Shown piece by piece: positions 25,701-36,800 of a stretch of 64,000 bases of DNA; within the stretch, counting starts at the first letter, position 1, and each line of letters starts with the position of its first letter. The stretch covers positions 200,129 to 264,128 of the forward strand of contig NMRA01000003.1 of the NCBI GenBank assembly GCA_002633005.1. Direction: 5' to 3'. The stretch is from Phoronis australis. Lineage: Eukaryota > Animalia > Phoronida. The notes below the pieces were generated by a model. The model worked only from the letters and a program-made list of their open reading frames with translations, was not told the origin of the DNA and did no database searches. Made by a program: the position numbers and the translations under genes.

Positions 25701-27390
25701 CTTTTTCAGACTTACATAGTTTAAAGACTAACAATTCCTCAGAACATAGTTGAATGGTAGAAATGTTGCCATAAAGGAAGGTTTAATGATGCTGAAAATG
25801 TAGTCACTTGTCAAAATAAGGAAAATGATGATTTTTAAAACCACTTAAAATCACTTTAAACAATGAGTATCTCTTAATTACACTGCACGTGCAAGCGCAG
25901 AGTACTGTTGTTCCTGGGTTTTCTTCAATTTTATTCTTATTACTCTGCGCGTGTAAGCGCAGAGTATACTGTTGTTCCTGGGTTTTCTTCAATTTTATTC
26001 TTCTTATTCTTCTTCCGACCGACTTTAACGCTTAATAACTCCAAAATGAGTGCAGGTATGTTCATTAAATTCAACATATGATTTTTAGCAGTACATAAAT
26101 TTTGATTGGTTGTATAATCATATTCCATAATGCACCAGGTGAGGTCGTTTGGTGCAAAGGTCATATAATTTTCAAAATGCTACTTCTTTAGTTTTAAAGC
26201 TATCTTTGGTGCACAGGTTAGTCTACAAGGCAATTTGAAAAATTACTTTAATTTCTAAGTTATCGAGACATCCAATCAGATTACATTGATTAAAGGTCAT
26301 TAAGTGCGAACTAAGATTTTGAGCTAGACACTTCAAATTCACTTGTTTGATTGGCACATGCAATTCAATTCGGAATTCAAAGTTTCAGGTCATTTAGTGC
26401 AATAATGGGGTGCACTTTTCTTCTGAAAATTGTCCTTTTCATTCACCAAGTATTCTGACATGTCAACTGTTAGACAACTGTGATTCTGAGTATTAAACAC
26501 ACTTTCACGGACTTTGCAATAATTCTCCTAAAGAGACTTATAATGCACGGGATAGGGTCAATTAGTGCAAAGGTCATCTAACGTTCAAAATGTTATTTCT
26601 CCTACATTTTTTAAGGAATTCTTTTCAATTTCAGCACACTAGTGTAAACCTACATGCCAATCCAATACTCTACTTGACTAATAGGACCATCCAATCAGAA
26701 ACAAAGCTCTAAGGTCATTGAGTGCAAATTAAGATTTTGAGCCAGACCCTTCAAATTTTCATATCTGTTTTGTAAAATGTAAATGAGTGAATTCTAAGGT
26801 TTCAGGTCATTTGGTGCAACCATGGGGTCATTAGGTGCATTTTTCTTCTGAAAGTTTGACCAATTCATTCTAAAGTACTTTAAGTCAGACATCTGTGATT
26901 CTTAGCATTAACCACCTTTTCATCAAGTTTAATACACTTATTCCCTCATCGAGGCTCATAATGTACCGGAAGGGGACAATTAGTGCAAAGGTCATCACAT
27001 TATCCACATGTAATTTCTCATAGCTTTAAAGAATTCTTTTTCATATTGGTAAACGGGTTGTTGTAAATAACTTCCCATAACAATTCCAGTAATACGCACG
27101 TGCAGAGTCCATTATTGTCATGCCGTGACAATAATTTTTCTAGTTCATATGTTTCTGTTATTTTACAACAACATGAAAAAGTCAGTGGAAGAAATTCTAA
27201 AACAACATAAGTAGCAGTGCGCTAGAGTTCATTCAGAGGGTTGTTCTTTGTGTCTTTACAGATGGCGTGCCAGAGTAAAGATATTGATTCGCTGAAGGCA
27301 TTACAAGTTGACTTGTGGTCTCACCTGTCTGTGGAACAGAATGAACTAGTTCACCTGGTCAAAGAGAACATCTGTAATCCTGGGTATTGA
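13764..27390 (+). CDS. F8A1: 40-kDa huntingtin-associated protein (HAP40 / factor VIII intron 22 protein), about 313 aa; exons 13764-13822, 18148-18267, 19446-19605, 20199-20267, 20878-20998, 21823-21977, 22207-22288, 23522-23568, 27262-27390
   Basis: Spliced product [36 protein letters not shown]...[15 protein letters not shown]...[12 protein letters not shown]...[43 protein letters not shown]...[30 protein letters not shown] matches HAP40 along its length. 942 nt, all phases consistent. Confidence 0.95.
14178..16358. mobile_element. Non-autonomous DNA transposon (hAT-like) with TIRs CAGGGCTCGAC...GTCGAGCCCTG and 5-bp TSD GACGG
   Basis: Perfect 11-bp TIR; GACGG at 14173-14177 and 16359-16363; subterminal arrays of AATGCGA(C/G)CTG motifs at both ends; no transposase ORF. 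Confidence 0.85.
17085..17146 (+). repeat. Degenerate tRNA-like/SINE head
   Basis: TAGCCGAATGGTTAG (A-box-like) and GTTCGATTCCC (B box). No convincing full cloverleaf. Confidence 0.35.
17745..18050. repeat. Degenerate tandem repeat, about 65-78 bp period, about 5 copies
   Basis: Recurrent TTTACCAAGATTTACAAGTTACAGCAGC...ATAACTATCAG near 17759, 17824, 17902, 17967 and 18037. Confidence 0.65.
21165..21390 (+). mobile_element. tRNA-derived SINE-like repeat, copy 2 (diverged)
   Basis: TTACTCAAGGTTGTGAGTTCGAGTC...TTTTGCTATATATT..TAAAGC..GTTCCAGGTGAT is shared with 4479-4685. Confidence 0.6.
22580..23070. repeat. Degenerate tandem array, about 140-155 bp period, 3-4 copies (GGTGACCTTGAC-type)
   Basis: Units CATATTTTGTAC..AGGTG...CATCT..AGGC.CCAGTC.ATTTTG.TGACCTT.AC near 22585, 22726, 22879 and 23025. 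Confidence 0.65.
25263..25497 (-). mobile_element. tRNA-derived SINE-like repeat, copy 3
   Basis: The minus strand reads GGCAGTGTGGCCTAGTGT...GTCGTGGGTTCGAGTCCCAC (A and B boxes), has the same 10-bp hairpin stem at 25289-25311 and ends in a TTA/T-rich tail. Confidence 0.7.
25876..27145 (+). mobile_element. Helentron-associated non-autonomous element (HINE/DINE-1-like)
   Basis: 5' subTIR ACTCTGCGCGTG (25942) with inverse CACGTGCAGAGT (27097-27108); (TTC/TTA) microsatellite; internal tandem units of about 415 bp (GTGCAAAGGTCAT near 26152, 26565, 26983); 3' hairpin ATTATTGTCA-tgccg-TGACAATAAT (27111-27135) followed by TTTTCTAGTT. The 5' ~62 bp is duplicated. Confidence 0.75.
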
Positions 27391-27626
27391 CTACGTGACC
27401 ATCAGCTTGGACAGTTTACTTAACGTGCAATTACTGACAATGGTACAGATTTTCAACCAAACCAAAGTAACAATGTTGTGCATGCTCACATGTTACAAAG
27501 CCTAATAGGATTGATGTTGTGAATGACAGCCAATTGACTCACGATGTGTGGTTTACCTAGCTGAGAAATCCCAAAGCCACTCATTAGGACACTGAACACT
27601 AACAACATGAGTTAGTCACAGAATAC

Positions 27627-27632
27627 TTTATT
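27627..27632 (-). terminator. Candidate MBOAT7 polyadenylation signal (AATAAA on -)
   Basis: TTTATT on +, about 270 nt after the MBOAT7 stop. Confidence 0.45.
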
Positions 27633-27899
27633 ACTGACATAGCGACAATCATGATTTAAATACGTGAATATCATTTGGTGCATAATGATAATACCAGGTA
27701 AATGTTACGGAGTACAAAACTTTGATGCAGTCAATGCCAACAAGCGAGCAAAGAATACAGCACACAAATTGTGAGATTAATAACATAAAATTATAGCAAC
27801 TGAAGAAGCAAATTGCAGAAAAACGATAGCTTTATAAAAGTATTATAAAAATATCACTGCCCTACTCCATAATACATAGCAAGTTGTATAATATTATAT

Positions 27900-30800
27900 T
27901 TATGTTGCTTTCTGTTTAACTTTGGAGGTGGATGTAAATGACACAAGATTTCCCACCACAATGAGGAATGTTATAATGACATGGATGTAGAAATAAATAG
28001 ACTTCCAGTATCTAATAGTGGGATCGTATCGTAGCAAGAGAAATGCCACACTTAAATACTCGAATGTTCGCATCTTGAAGAACCATGCACACCAATCGAA
28101 CACCTGCTTCCTACGTTCTGAACACGTCTGCTGTCTGAAGGCTCTCATCATGGCGTCCTCGGCTAACATGGCAAGAGGTACAGTTACAAAACTGAGGAAG
28201 TAGCCTGGATGAATACCGTGCCAGTAGGCGCTCACCAATAAAGTCACGAACGTCCTGGAAGGTCAAAGGTCACCAGTACAACAACGTGGAGATTGAAACA
28301 TAATTTAGGACTAATATCTATGCAGTAAATTGTTCTCTTGTTACTCACAAACAGAAATCTTTTTCCAAGCATTCATTGTGAGTTTTGTATTAAAAAGAAG
28401 AATCGCAGTAGTTCTATGACTGAATAGATTTTCGTAGATAGCAGATGAAATCTCATTTAGCTCTCGATCAGAAAATGGGAACTTGCACTTTAGGAAACGT
28501 ATATTTTGTTGTCTGGAAACTGGAATACACATCTCGTTTAAAAATTTAAAGCTTATCTTGAATGGTAACACATGTAAATTAGGTTTCTAGAGTATGTTAA
28601 GAGCTTTGCTCTGAGGCCACCATTGCCAAATGTAATGAACTGTTAGGCTCATTGACTTGCTATTGTCTATCATCTTTTAATTCAAACAGCTACGAATAAC
28701 ACCTGTATACAATGTTGTTCTGTTTTCAACCCGTATTCAATGCAACTGTTATCTTCCTATTGTTGTTTGTGGTGGGATCTCGCAGTGACGCAATATGGCA
28801 CGAAAAGGCAGCTTCATTTTTCATTTAACAGGCCTACATTTGAGTGATTTAACTCGCGTTTTCTTATTTTGCTAAGGCTTTGCTAGGCGTATCTGGTTTG
28901 CCTGATAATACACTTAGAATAACAAAATTCCTTTGAAGTTAGGCTTTAATGGTAGGTTAGGTGCAGTTGCAAAGTTCAGTATTGGAGACAATAGGGTGGA
29001 AAAGGGCAATATATTGTTGAGTTATTACAGAGGGCCTGTTCTATTCTCCTCAACTCAGGATCAAGTCAGTTACTGCTGGATCATGCAAAAGAATTACAAG
29101 ACACAAGTCAAGTCTGATAACATCAAGTAATACCCTGTAAGAACCACAGCACAATANTGCCCCCCCCCCCCACTTATATCAGTGCTGTGCCGCCCATGCA
29201 TTTTTGGACATGAGTACAATAATATTATACACAAAAGAACCATTTCACATCTGCTTTGGTAAAAAGTGGGCATTTCACATCATATCTTGATACAGCATGG
29301 TGCAGCTGAAACTGACCATTCATTAGACAAAGGTATACAAGTTGCATACATGTTCGTTTTGGAAGCTAAAATTCTTGCAAGATAGGTTTTGCTAAAGACA
29401 CAGGCACAAAACCAATCAGCATTTCATCAAAATACAATTTCTGCTTTTCAGGTCGAGCTGTAAAACAACTTGAGGTAAAGTTAAAAACCCAGTTTTGGCC
29501 TACCAACAGATACTAAAACGACTTTCCCATAGAGTTCTATGAAACAAAATAATGCTCTGTAACACTCGACAACCCTCAATAGTTTGGAGGAAAATTTGAA
29601 AACTCCTTTCCATGTCTACTAAATGAGCAAGCACAACCTACACTTTTAGCAAATTACAAAGCAAATGTAGGGAAAGGACCACCTACCAAGGACCATAATA
29701 TCCAATTTGTGAGATGAGAAGTACGAATTTTTATGCGATTCCTGCTTTTATCTTTCAAGATTGACGTCAATGATGAATTAGCAGGTGACTGAACGAGGAT
29801 TGGTTGAAATCATCACAACAGGGTTTAGTATCCATTTAAACATTTATCAATACTGTAGTAAGACAAAAATTGACAGTTGTTTCTGTTCCAAATCAAAGCT
29901 CTTATCATTGCCATAAACTGAAGCCTAGGCTACATATTTATGGAGTTTTGTTTAGTAATGGCTTACTTATTGGGATCTGGAAATGGTATGTGCACAGACT
30001 GGGCTCTACCGCCAGTGACTGTTATGCTTGGAAATCAGGTATATCTCCTGGCTTGGTTTCATTTATTTTATAATTACTTTTTATCTGTATTTGTTGCGAG
30101 AAAAAATAATACAAGATCAGAAATATGATCAGGTTAGTACCACTTGTGGTTTGCCATGACTCCATTGTGTCTGATATAGTTGTGTTTGCCACGACTCTAC
30201 TGTGTCTGATATAGTTGTGTTTACCACGACTCTACTGTGTCTGATATAGTTGTGTTTACCACGACTCTACTGTGTCTGATATAGTTGTGTTTGCCACGAC
30301 TCTACTGTGTCTGATATAGTTGTGTTTGCCATGACTCTACTGTGTCTGATATAGTTTAGTTTGCCATGACTCTACTGTGTCTGATATAGTTGTGTTTGCC
30401 ATGACTCTACTGTGTCTGATATAGTTGTGTTTGCCATGACTCTACTGTGTCTGATATAACCATGACTCTACTGTGTCTGATATAATTGTGTGCATAATTT
30501 TGTTCACACTCATACTTCCATTATCTCCGAATGAATTTAACTGCAATGGTTTGAACTTCCTCAACAGTACAGCTAGCCTATCTTAAGCAGTAACACCAGT
30601 AAATTTGGTTCCTACAGTATGTTAAGAGCATCGCTCTGAGCCCATTAGGGCCATAAATTGTCAAATTAACGACGAACTGTTATTGGCTTGCTTTTGCCAA
30701 CGTCACCGCGAGAACCACCTTTTATAATTCAAACAGCTCCAAATAACACCCGCACGCGTCCTATTCAAACCCCTATGCGTCCTATTCAAACCCCTATTCA

Positions 30801-33800
30801 ATACAACTGTTATCGGTCTTTTGTTGTTTTGCCAGGGATCTCGCGGTGACGCAATATGGCACGAAAAGGCAGCTTCGCGAGCCTACATTTGCGTGACTGA
30901 ATTTGCATTTTCTTATTTTCCTAAGACTTTGCTACGACTACCTGGTTAGCCCAATACTGAACATCTAAAACAACAAAATTCCGTTGAAGTTCGGCTTTCA
31001 TCAAATAACACAGTTAAAAAGTTGCATAAGTTGGCTCCAACCAAACCAAAAGATTTCATTGAAGTAAGATGAAACCTGCCTAAACTGAAGGATCTGGAAC
31101 AAAGGATACCGTGAAACTTTGTCAGAGTAAAGCAAAAATCCAACTCGCATGCTTAACTTCTGCGAGTTTTACTGTAACTGATAGCAAGTCAGTTGTAAAT
31201 AAGCACGACTGGCAGTTCCACCACATTTCGGAACTCACCAGAACATATTTAACAAATGCTGATGGTGATATTGGACACTACAAACCTAATAGACTTGTTT
31301 GGAACCCGTCGATAGATGTATGTAGCTAACCAGTACTGTACAGACATATTCCAGGCTCTCATGCCCTCCCGTAAAGTGGGTGCAAACTCGCATCCGTACT
31401 CATCTATATTGTGTATTGTCTCAAAGCTGTAATCAACATGCTTCAAGTACTTGCTTTCCCTGCAATGAGAAATGTCAGCTGGCTTATAAAGTGAACAAAT
31501 GAGCTTGATTGTCTGTTAGTAGCAACAAAAATTATTCAGCCAATTTCAACTTGGACAGAATTGACCCAATTTTTGAAATGCTGATCAGTAACCCGAATCC
31601 AATGTTTTTGGTTAATTTTTATAGCATTTCTTCAGGTAAAATTATCTTCACCTTACTCTTCATGAGGAATTCAATTTCAGAATCCAAACATTTAAAAATT
31701 ATTAGTTGCAGTGTACAATATTGCAGTTTATTTAAGATAGCGTTTTACTGCTGTAATGCTGAAACTGTCTTGCACCACACAAAAGGAACTTGAATCAATG
31801 CTGGTGATGAGAACTGTTGAAAGAAGCAGTTCATGTATAAATCTATAGATGTGCTGTAAAACAGACAGGGAGTCTAATGTGCTGTATCTCTAACATTTAT
31901 TGTAAATGACTTCATGGTCATCGTAATAGATTGGTGCCAACAGCTCGGGAACAAGATGTGAGCAAAATCTCAGGCTCCCTTTTTGAAATATCGCACCAAT
32001 AACAATCTACCAAGTCAAAACTTGATTTTCACCCGGTGACCTTGAAAATGAAGCCAAGTTCATCAAAATCAACTGGTGACTGAAGCTGCTCTACCTAAAC
32101 CATGGTACAAACTAGGAAAAAAATCCCTTCTTAAGATATATCAACAACATTCTTCCAAGTTAAAACTTGACTTTCTCACTGTGAGTTAGAAAACTGTCAA
32201 AGTCAACAAAATCCACTGATGCCTACAGATTCCCAAACTACATTTCCGTTCAAAACATGAAGAAAATCTAAACCTCTTGAAATATCGCGCCAATGACACT
32301 GTGTGACGAATGGACGTACAGATGTATGGTTGTGAATACTACGTAACCTGCGACAGAGAGGAATGTGACATACTCGATGCTGTCCAATGCTTCAAAGTTG
32401 GTTGGGCCCTGGCCACACTTGGGTTGGCTGACTACAGGATAAGCACCAAAGCCTGCAGTCATACACAGGCACTCAGAGAGTACCCAGGCTGAATAGATTC
32501 GAGCTCTGAACCACATAAACGAGGTCACACCATAAAATAGTCGGAACCAGATGGAGTGGGTAAAGAAAGCGTCTTCTTCTATGTACTGAAATAAAAACAG
32601 ATTTTGAATTCAAATAGACTAAAGACACCAGCTTGGTTTCTAAGAGGGATATTTCAGTTAAAATTTATATAACGTAACTTAAGCCATATAAATTTTACTA
32701 CATGCATGCAATATCCGCGCAGAAATCCAAAGGGTTATAGTAATTGTTGTCATGTGACATAATTCTTGCATGCGATGGCCAAAGGGAAAAAATAGAGCTG
32801 GCAAAGAAAATATTTATTCAGAACAGCCACCTCATCTAATAGCAAATCCATATAAAAGCAAGTAGTGTAATCATCATATTGTAAAACAATTACTTGAACT
32901 TGTGAATTTGTGAATTTGATCACTTTTATCTGTGTGTGTGTGTGTTGTGTGTGTGTGTGTGTGCGTGTNTGAGCGTGTGTGTGAGCGTGTGTGTGTGTGT
33001 GTATGTGTGTGTGAGTGTGTGTGTGTGTGTGAGCGTGTGTGCAGCGCGCGCGCGCAACTTATTTGTCTACTAGGAGTAACTAGGAGAATTTTCTAAAACA
33101 GATAATGCTCTCTGTGAAAAGGAAACCTAGAGTAGGGCAGCATCTGCATCAGCTGTATACCCAACATTCATATTCTGTCTGATTAAGACATGTCATACTG
33201 TCTCGTTCCTTGGTTTCTTGTGTTGGAACCACTGACAATTCCATAATTGGACAAAAAAGGTTAGCCAGGTCAAGCCAGCTTGTAGAGTTTGGTCCCAAGC
33301 CCAGAAATCGCTTCTAGTCCGATAGTGGAAAAAGTTAAGACCGGTTTAACAAAAATCTAACTTTACATTGGCAGAGAGAGGGTATTAAAGCTTTACTACT
33401 CACAAAGCTTCTAGAGATGACAAAGAATTATGCAGTGATGGAATAATGCTGTGTTATGTTATGGGATGTTTCTGCTACAACAGCAACTTGATCAAGACTT
33501 ACTGTAAATGGGAAGTAGAACTCCAAAGTAAAGTAAAAGATTGCATAAAGTGGAAGGATCTTGATGCGGTTCCACATAGGTGTAATAGTAGACATGGTGG
33601 CCGTGTGTTTGTGGAACATACTGTCATGGTATGTACGATATCTGAAGTATGGCCCTGGAATGAAACAACACCAGTTACTACCAAAAACTTTGAAATTAAA
33701 AGCATTTATTTCAAAAATAACCATCCTGTTTTATCAGTGTGACTAATATTAAGTTTAAATGAGTGTTGAAAACGATAGCAGTTCTACTGAACAGGTGAAT

Positions 33801-36800
33801 ACGCTGTTTTAGCTATACAATCAATCTGTCCACAAAGGGCTCATTTTCGCCAGCAGTCAGTTTGCTTCCTCACAACCCGAATCTCGTATAAGCAAAAACT
33901 TACATTGAAATACGTTAATTTTCTACCATAAATTGATTGCTCAGACAATGAAAACGAAGGTCTCCTACCCCTGCACATGTGGTTACAAAAGTTATAGCTA
34001 AAACGCCATCAGTTTTATGGTAACTGGAACCATTAAAAAGTGCAACCAAAAAGTGACACATCACTGGCACTTTTGCTACTAGTCACGACGTTAGAGAAAC
34101 CCATGAAGTAATTCAGCCAGTATGCGAAATGGTACAAGTTCTACTATAATTTTTCTACAAGAAGTCGTTAATGAGGAATCACCTGTCAGTACTTAAGGAT
34201 TATTGCAAATCAAGATGATAGGTAGGCAACACATGAGTTGAGCAAAAAAAACATTCAAGTCACCTTTTTCACAAATTTTGTAAAAATTAAATAAATTCTG
34301 CAGTTGATATGTACTTACATTGCAACGAAATAATTGGGGATATTTAGTGATACATTAAAAAGTTTAACCTTTAGTATATCAAATGTAGAACTAATGTATC
34401 AACTTAAAATACTGTGTTCACCTAAGGACCCAGGTCTTAAAATTGGATAACATAAAATCAGGGGTGGGCTTTAAGTTTATATTGTACCCCTGAAAGATAA
34501 CCAAATTTGGCTAACTTTGTTACATCAACAGCGACGGCTCATTGGAATTATATGAAATTTTGGAATATTATCATACACTTTATGCACTGTTCTATTAAAT
34601 GCAATTAGGACATTTTTCAAAATGTGCCATTTTTGCAAGAATGGCTTTTAAAAACAGGACTTTTATGAATTTTACTAAGAAAAATCAAAAGTTGCCTGAA
34701 ATGTAAACCAAGAGATGATTTAGAAAGCTGTACCACATTTTTTAAGACTTCTCCTTGAACATTTATATCAAAGGAAATTTTGTCATGTTATTGATACTAT
34801 TGCAACGACTAATTTTTTTTTGCAAAATTTCAGAAAAAGATACGACATCGCAACCCAAATCACTGACAGATACGTATAAGGGGTAAAAAATCAAATTCTT
34901 GAGACTTTCCAATTTCAAAAAATACATACTTCAATACTAAATTAAAATTTATAGTTTTGTGAATATTTGGACAGAAACAAAGATTTGTCAATAAAGTCCT
35001 ACATAATCTTAAGCTGAGCATGGGCGTTTAAAAAAAACTTTTCTGAAAGTCGACAATAGGTGTTCACCTCAAACAGTTTTTTCAGTTAATGCCCAGGTAA
35101 CTGCATTTTACATTCACCACTCCAATTTTGTGAGCTGATATTCCGTAAGACATGAGGATTGCAAAGGAACAGCTCAGAATGTCATAAACTAGGGGTGGCG
35201 TTCAGCGCACCATGAGTGTCAACCCCGGAACATAACAAATGATTTAGTATTCTGGATCAGGCTGAAACAACAAAGGAACTCAAAATGCGTGAGTCAATTC
35301 ACATCAGCTGGCTCAAGCCTGAATTGAATATTAAGCAGCTGGCATACAGCAGCCTGTCAATGCTGGTCTTATGAATTGTCTTTAATGTTTCTATGATGCG
35401 TGCTGATAGCTCTTCTCTACACTGTGTGGGTCAAGACTCTTAGATGGCCTCCATTGATTATCCCGATGGTGTTTTAAGACACCCAAACATGTCGAACTTG
35501 ACAAACTCCATTGTTTTTACTAATTTTGTTATTAATATTGTCACTTATTTGACTTAGTTGAGGCCATAGGGTAGTTGAAATTGTTCATGAGATAGTACAT
35601 TTACTTACCTGTTAATAAACCAATATAGCAGTAGCTGTATAACAATTTATCCACGAAGCTAGGACTGATGCTTTGGTACTTGATCTTTAGTTCCTCCTGC
35701 TTTAAAAGTTTGCCATCTTTGGTGCTCTTATCTGGATGTTTCATGTCAACGGAATCATGTACTTCAAAAGCTAGGGCAATCATCTACAAGAAATTAAAAT
35801 AACAAATGTAAGAACACGTAGAGGACGTCCATAGTAACTGACATGCTCAAAAGTGTACAAAAGGTACGCTGGGGGAGGGAATAAAAAACTGGCATGCACT
35901 TTAAAAATTTTCTGGAATTGGAAAATTGATATAAGAAGTACAGAACTCTTTAAATTAAATTAATAATCTCTAGAGTGAGGTCTTCTTTTACATCACTGAT
36001 GATGTTTTTAGCTTCATTGAGTATTCGATACCTTCATCAAGCTTATTGGAGGATTTCTCCACTGCCGCCATGTTGGTTTGCCTACTTGATTGGCAAATAT
36101 ATTCGCCGTCTTTTCCCTAGGAGCATGGTTTAGAACCACTCCTTGGATTTCTTGACATGTTAAGCTTCTATAGGAGCTATTACTTTTAATGTACAATTTT
36201 ATTTTTATAAATAAATTACTGGTTTGCTAAAAATCATAAATTCAATAGAAACAAAGGAAACATCACTTCCACAGTCGAAAGTGACTCCTTGACCATAATA
36301 AAATATTCATAAAACCACCTTATGTAAGTTCATGCTAAAACCATTCTATGATAAAATATGAACAAATAATATCAAAAAACAGCCCTGCCATGTTGTGCAG
36401 TTCCACTAGACGATCCAAGACGACATATGGGAGCCCAACCTTAAACTTTTGAAGAAAAATTAGTGCGTTCAGTCTAATACCAACGCGGCATTTTCCTTAC
36501 TCGTTTCGGTCTGGTCACGTCCATAGGTAGGACCAGGCCTCCTCCTAGATCAAACGTGGTCTCCATCAAATTAATATGTTTCCTGGGAAAAGTGCAAATA
36601 ATCTTCAGAAACGCTATTATGTCCACATAAACAAAACTTTAAAGTATTCGTTTTGGATCAGTTATGACTTTGCTAGGACGAGCACTTGTGTTTGGTACAC
36701 CCATATTATAGAAGTAATGAACTGTAGGCCCAATGTTTACCTTCTGACATAGGCCCACTGTTTACCTTCTGATGTCCCTATATGAGAGCTGATGCAAATG

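Noticed and set aside
30152-30492. CRISPR-like 35-bp periodicity
   Set aside because: Repeats are contiguous with no unique spacers, no cas genes are present, and the site is a eukaryotic intron.
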